This document shows, piece by piece, positions 15,608 through 19,514 of a stretch of DNA of 19,514 nucleotides. A program made the position numbers and the translations under genes. Within the stretch, counting starts at the first letter, position 1. Each line of letters opens with the position of its first letter. The notes beneath the pieces are model-generated. The model saw only the letters and a list, made by a program, of their open reading frames with translations, had not been told where the DNA came from and did not search any database. This stretch comes from a virus: IMG/VR virus record IMGVR_UViG_3300035499_000465, positions 64,001-83,514 of that record, one strand, 5' to 3'.

Positions 15608-17539
15608 TTAAGCGTCAACGATACTAAAGAATGGAGAACATCTCTTGGCCTGAGTGTCATTATAGGTATTAGTTACTTCACAGAAGTAATAACCATCTTC
15701 ATCTGGAATAAATGATTTCTCATTTGCGCCTTCAATCTTAGTATCACCGTGGAAGTAATATTCACCATCATTTGCCTTTTGGAAATCATCTTCAAATACA
15801 TTTCCACCAGTCACATATTTATACCACTGATAAGTTACAGAGTCTTCATCCTGTCTTTGGATAACTTCTCCGCTACCTTCTGGCCAGCTAGCTACAATAA
15901 CGCAGCCATTACCTCTTTTAACTTCGTCTAAAGAGAAATACTGTTTAGAAAGTGTTGTATTAATTTGAACTTTTAATTGAGTTGCAGGATGAGTTACACG
16001 ACAAACTCCACTATCAGTAGAATCAATTTCTTTATTCAAATTATTAGTTACAATAACTTTATAGAATCCATCGCCTTCGCCACCAGATTCTTCACTTTCA
16101 TCTGCAGAACCTTGAATTAAATAAGTCGCTTCAGTTGCTCCTTCAATTTCTTCAAAGTCATCTGCACCAGGAGCTTTACGTAACCACTGATAAGTAATTT
16201 TACCTTCATCATCAACGCTAGCTTTGATGGTTAATAATGTCTCATAATCATCAGCGTTAAGATAGCCTCTTTCGCTAAGATCTTTATTAATATTAACTTT
16301 TAATGGACGAGGTACAATACAAACTGTACTTTCTGTCTCAGCTGTACTTTGACGTACACGGTTTTTAGCTACAACAACATATTTACCAACAGAGTTGAAA
16401 ATACCTGTAGAAAACTTCTCATAAATTTCAAGCGTTGGATCTTCTGAAGGAATATCACCTGTATAAAGCTGATATGATGGATTTACCCCATCTGAGCCAC
16501 TTACCATTGTATAATAAAGTTTTCCAGTTACTCTTGTTTCATCAGCTGAAATCTTAGACATTGTTACTTCATAAGGCATTGCACCTTCTTCAAGAAGTCT
16601 GTCATTTGTATCAATATCATATTTTTTCCAAACATAAGTCAACTGACCTGCATCAGGCGCATAAGCCTGAACATTATAAGCTTTAAGTCCATTGTCATCA
16701 AGAATAAGTCTTGAAACAAGATCCTTGATAAAGATTGGTTTTTCAGCTTGAACAGTTCCAGAAGCAAGTTGAGAATCAACAAGTCTATCATGTAATAGAG
16801 TTGTAGAATCATCAATTTGGGTTCCATCAAGAATAATTCCTGGGATATCAAAATCTAAGCCTGGTTTAATAGTTGCTGAACAAGTCAATGTTGATAAACT
16901 ATAGTTAAGAGTTTTAGTATCTTTATCATAGTTATAAAAACGAACAGCGAACTGAATTGTACCTGCGGCTTGAGTGATTTTAGAAGATAGAGGCCAACCA
17001 AAAATGATATAGCCAGGATCACTTTCAATATCTTTTACCCAAGGAACAGAAACGCCTTCAATGAAATTACCATCTTCGTCCTGTGCGGCAGATTTCCACT
17101 GAATATAGATATCTTTTGTATCTAGGTCAGTAGAGTCGTAGAATCTAGCAATACGGAAATAAACGATTTCAGAAACTTCGTCTCCTTGTACACTAATACC
17201 ATTTTTCTTGAAAGAAGCTGGTACTGTAATACTTCTGTCATTTGCATTAATTTCAAAGACATCTTCATCTAATGGAAGAATAGTATATCTACGACTAATG
17301 TTATTTAATTCAACGATATAAGAAAAGTATTCATCAAGAGAGCTAAGAGATTGCATTTTAATTTCCTGGCCATCTTCATCATAGACTCCAGTTCCGATCG
17401 CACTATCAGGAATTACTGCTGAAGAACTACCTTTTTCAACTTCATTACCTGCTGTATCATGCGTCTGCAAATCATTAAAAGCTTTTTCAAATATAGCGGA
17501 ATACTTATCTGAATTTGCTGCATTAACATATGTAATCAT
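15608..17539 (-). CDS. 643-aa tail/baseplate-like structural protein (the ORF track gives 665 aa from a TTG at 17605). The N-terminal third is paralogous to the 195-aa protein; the C-terminal part is acidic and beta-rich.
   Basis: The in-frame ATG at 17539..17537 (MITYVNAANSD...) has AGAAAGGA upstream with a long spacer of about 13 nt. The TTG at 17605 has no RBS and would place the intergenic hairpins inside the coding sequence. The start is uncertain. Confidence 0.6.
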   Translation of the reverse strand: MITYVNAANSDKYSAIFEKAFNDLQTHDTAGNEVEKGSSSAVIPDSAIGTGVYDEDGQEIKMQSLSSLDEYFSYIVELNNISRRYTILPLDEDVFEINANDRSITVPASFKKNGISVQGDEVSEIVYFRIARFYDSTDLDTKDIYIQWKSAAQDEDGNFIEGVSVPWVKDIESDPGYIIFGWPLSSKITQAAGTIQFAVRFYNYDKDTKTLNYSLSTLTCSATIKPGLDFDIPGIILDGTQIDDSTTLLHDRLVDSQLASGTVQAEKPIFIKDLVSRLILDDNGLKAYNVQAYAPDAGQLTYVWKKYDIDTNDRLLEEGAMPYEVTMSKISADETRVTGKLYYTMVSGSDGVNPSYQLYTGDIPSEDPTLEIYEKFSTGIFNSVGKYVVVAKNRVRQSTAETESTVCIVPRPLKVNINKDLSERGYLNADDYETLLTIKASVDDEGKITYQWLRKAPGADDFEEIEGATEATYLIQGSADESEESGGEGDGFYKVIVTNNLNKEIDSTDSGVCRVTHPATQLKVQINTTLSKQYFSLDEVKRGNGCVIVASWPEGSGEVIQRQDEDSVTYQWYKYVTGGNVFEDDFQKANDGEYYFHGDTKIEGANEKSFIPDEDGYYFCEVTNTYNDTQAKRCSPFFSIVDA

Positions 17540-17571
17540 TAATATAGTCCAATCCTTTCTATAATATTTTC

Positions 17572-17618
17572 GAGGGTGACATTTGCCACCCTCTTGTTCT
17601 TTCAAAATATTTTGAAAG
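17572..17618 (-). promoter_or_regulatory. two adjacent palindromes in the leader of the 643-aa gene. The first is a GC-rich hairpin: gagggtg (17572..17578) pairs with caccctc (17587..17593) around an 8-nt loop. The second is a perfect 20-bp AT palindrome, ctttcaaaatattttgaaag (17599..17618).
   Basis: Read directly. They are not followed by a U-tract on the minus strand, so they are more likely an operator or RNA-structure element than a terminator. Confidence 0.3.
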
Positions 17619-17636
17619 TATTATTATTTATAATAA

Positions 17637-17858
17637 TCATTTTTGACCAGTAAGAGGGTCTTTAACCTCTTTCCACTGATCAACTTCATCTTCTGGAACC
17701 ATAACTGTTGTAAAGAAATTTTCTCCATCTTTTGTTAAAGTTTTTCCTACATCAGCTCTTAAAGAATATTTACGAGTATAATAAATATCTTCAAGATGAA
17801 CGGGACTAGTAATAGTCCCGTTTGTTCCAAGATATGTATAATATACAGTCTTAGTCAT
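17637..17858 (-). CDS. hypothetical 73-aa protein
   Basis: ATG at 17858..17856 with AAGGAGGGG upstream (short spacer). Its RBS overlaps the stop of the upstream LRR-protein gene. Confidence 0.5.
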   Translation of the reverse strand: MTKTVYYTYLGTNGTITSPVHLEDIYYTRKYSLRADVGKTLTKDGENFFTTVMVPEDEVDQWKEVKDPLTGQK

Positions 17859-17869
17859 CTTGCCCCTCC

Positions 17870-19514
17870 TTAAGCCATAACTACACTAACGGTTCCTTCA
17901 TATTCAACTCCATTATCAATTAAGTTGATTAAATCATCAGAAATGCCTCCATCAGTGGTATAAATAACAACATTTTCAATCTTAGATCCACTATTCTGAA
18001 TAAAAGCTTTAGTTCCATTACCAAGGATAGTAATTTGAGTTGGATCTCCAGGACCTCCAAACTGAAGTGTTGAGATACCTCTCATATTATCATTGTAAGC
18101 AAAAGCATTGTTACCAATTTCTCTTACTGTGCCTGGAATTCTAAGTTTTTCAGTTTTTGTAGAAGAATTAAATGCCATATTGAAAGCAACTTCACCAATA
18201 TAACATAAAATATTTCCAAAATCGAATAATTTTAACTGATCGCATCCTAAGAACGCATAATTAGTAATATATCTAACTGTTCCTGGGAACTGGAAATAAA
18301 CTAATTTTTTACAGTTATTAAATGCGTTACTACCTATACATACTACCTGTGGAGTTCCATACCAATAAACATGAGTAATATCCATTGAGTTAAAATCTCC
18401 AACCGTAATTACTGGTTGTCCTTCATATTCAGTTGGTAAAGTAATTTTACCAGATAATGAATATCCATCAGCTGGTCTTACCATATATCCAACAGCGCTA
18501 TAAGAACTATCATATGGATCGTCATAGTTTATTTTTGAGAACTTTAAGTATTTCAAATCTGTAGTAGAAGTAAATACTGATTCTTGAGTAAATACTGCAT
18601 AAAAATCTGTATCCTGCGTTGAAAGCATATTGGTTACAGATGTTAATTTAGCTGTATCTGCGCTTGCCGCAATTACATTTGCTAAATTCTGAGTATAACC
18701 TAAGAACTTATATCTTTGATCATCAGGTAATGCGCTTTCATCCATTGTAGCTAATACACTTGGAGTATAAAGAACATCTCCATGAGGAACTTGATATTCA
18801 GCAATTAATGTTAAATTATCAGCTTTCGTACCAGATAAGAATCTGATATTCCATTTATGGATAGTAAACACTGCATAGAATGTATAATCATATACATTGC
18901 TGTCTAATGTTAAATCATCCCAAGCCGCTTGCTGTTCTTCCGCAGTAGCATCTGCACTTGAAATTAAACCTGTTGTATCATTAGTCGTTGACCAACCATG
19001 GAAATCGTAGTTGTCTTTTACTGGATTGTACATCTTATATGGATTTGTAAAGAATCCAGAAGAAACCTTCTGAACACTCTTCTCAGTTATTTTCGTATCT
19101 GCATGATCTACATAAGTGTAAGTTCCATCATCCTCCTGGATAATGAATTTAGCAGAGTAAGCTTTGATTACATTCTTAAAGAAGAATGTTAAACTTGGGA
19201 ATGCTTTTACAAGAGTATCTTTAATAAAGAGCTCTCCTAAAGCGGTATCATTATTAACATAAATAATACCTGTCAAGTTCGGAATCGTACTTCCTTCTGC
19301 GGTTCCAGTGTATAATCCATTCTTGATGAATTCTTTTAGCATATCAACATCTGCAATTTGATTAATATCTTCTTCTGGGATTGAAGAATCAAGCTTATAA
19401 AGTTCTCCATTCAGCACTTGAGTCTGGAATGTTGCTGCATTATAAGTATATTTATCAAATCCATAGTGACCATTATCAATATAATAAGCATCAGGACTAG
19501 AAGTATCATAAGAA
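17870..19514 (-). CDS. tail-associated receptor-binding-type protein with a C-terminal BspA-type leucine-rich repeat (LRR_5-like) domain. It is 5'-truncated by the right window edge; at least 548 aa are visible.
   Basis: The ORF-track start at 19417 is a GTG with no RBS. The frame stays open through to 19514, so the gene continues beyond the window. The C-terminal region (about 18000..18340) carries repeats matching the BspA-type pattern: IGSNAFNNCKKL, ITNYAFLGCDQL, IGEVAFNMA, IPGTVREIGNNAFAYN. Stop at 17870..17872. Confidence 0.75.
   Translation of the reverse strand, partial: SYDTSSPDAYYIDNGHYGFDKYTYNAATFQTQVLNGELYKLDSSIPEEDINQIADVDMLKEFIKNGLYTGTAEGSTIPNLTGIIYVNNDTALGELFIKDTLVKAFPSLTFFFKNVIKAYSAKFIIQEDDGTYTYVDHADTKITEKSVQKVSSGFFTNPYKMYNPVKDNYDFHGWSTTNDTTGLISSADATAEEQQAAWDDLTLDSNVYDYTFYAVFTIHKWNIRFLSGTKADNLTLIAEYQVPHGDVLYTPSVLATMDESALPDDQRYKFLGYTQNLANVIAASADTAKLTSVTNMLSTQDTDFYAVFTQESVFTSTTDLKYLKFSKINYDDPYDSSYSAVGYMVRPADGYSLSGKITLPTEYEGQPVITVGDFNSMDITHVYWYGTPQVVCIGSNAFNNCKKLVYFQFPGTVRYITNYAFLGCDQLKLFDFGNILCYIGEVAFNMAFNSSTKTEKLRIPGTVREIGNNAFAYNDNMRGISTLQFGGPGDPTQITILGNGTKAFIQNSGSKIENVVIYTTDGGISDDLINLIDNGVEYEGTVSVVMA

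Noticed and set aside
17540-17605. TTG start at 17605 for the 665-aa ORF
   Set aside because: No Shine-Dalgarno, and it overlaps the intergenic palindromes. The in-frame ATG at 17539 with AGAAAGGA upstream is preferred, although its spacer is long, so some uncertainty remains.
19415-19417. GTG at 19417 as the start of the LRR-protein gene
   Set aside because: The frame is open all the way to the window end at 19514 (hand-translated, no stop), and there is no RBS before 19417. The gene is truncated by the window.
1-19514. tRNA, rRNA, integrase, transposase or CRISPR-Cas elements
   Set aside because: None recognisable. The window is fully occupied by minus-strand protein-coding genes with no cloverleaf-like GC-rich segments.

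Overview
This is a low-GC, AT-rich window (about 30% G+C by eye) that is essentially 100% coding. Every convincing gene lies on the minus strand and is preceded by a Firmicute-style GGAGG ribosome-binding site. The plus-strand ORFs in the track all sit inside minus-strand genes and look like artefacts. The content reads as the late/structural region of a phage, prophage or phage-tail-like particle of a Clostridia-like host.

From right to left (the direction of transcription):
- a receptor-binding-type protein with BspA-type leucine-rich repeats (LRR), truncated by the right window edge
- a 73-aa protein
- two paralogous tail/baseplate-like proteins (643/665 aa and 195 aa)
- a rho-independent terminator
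- a giant 1787-aa modular tail fibre
- a roughly 7.7 kb cassette, described below
- a second promoter-containing AT-rich spacer
- three small genes (152 aa; 79 aa; a 238-aa Gly/Trp/Cys-rich membrane protein)
- the start of another gene running off the left edge.

The cassette has its own sigma-A-like promoters with extended -10 elements and its own terminator. It encodes:
- a 107-aa protein
- a 474-aa protein made of about ten tandem 24-aa Cys/His/Tyr/Phe/Asn-rich repeats, with 26 Cys and no signal peptide
- two different radical-SAM/SPASM-type enzymes, both with the CxxxCxxC motif
- a 233-aa protein
- two paralogous Cys-cluster proteins (290 and 317 aa)
- a 135-aa single-pass membrane protein.

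The cassette is the most interesting part of the window. It looks like a phage-borne system for radical-SAM post-translational modification of a large multi-repeat substrate. That substrate could be a multi-core RiPP-like precursor or a heavily cross-linked structural/virion protein. I cannot match it to a described family from sequence alone.

No tRNA, rRNA, CRISPR array, integrase or transposase is visible.
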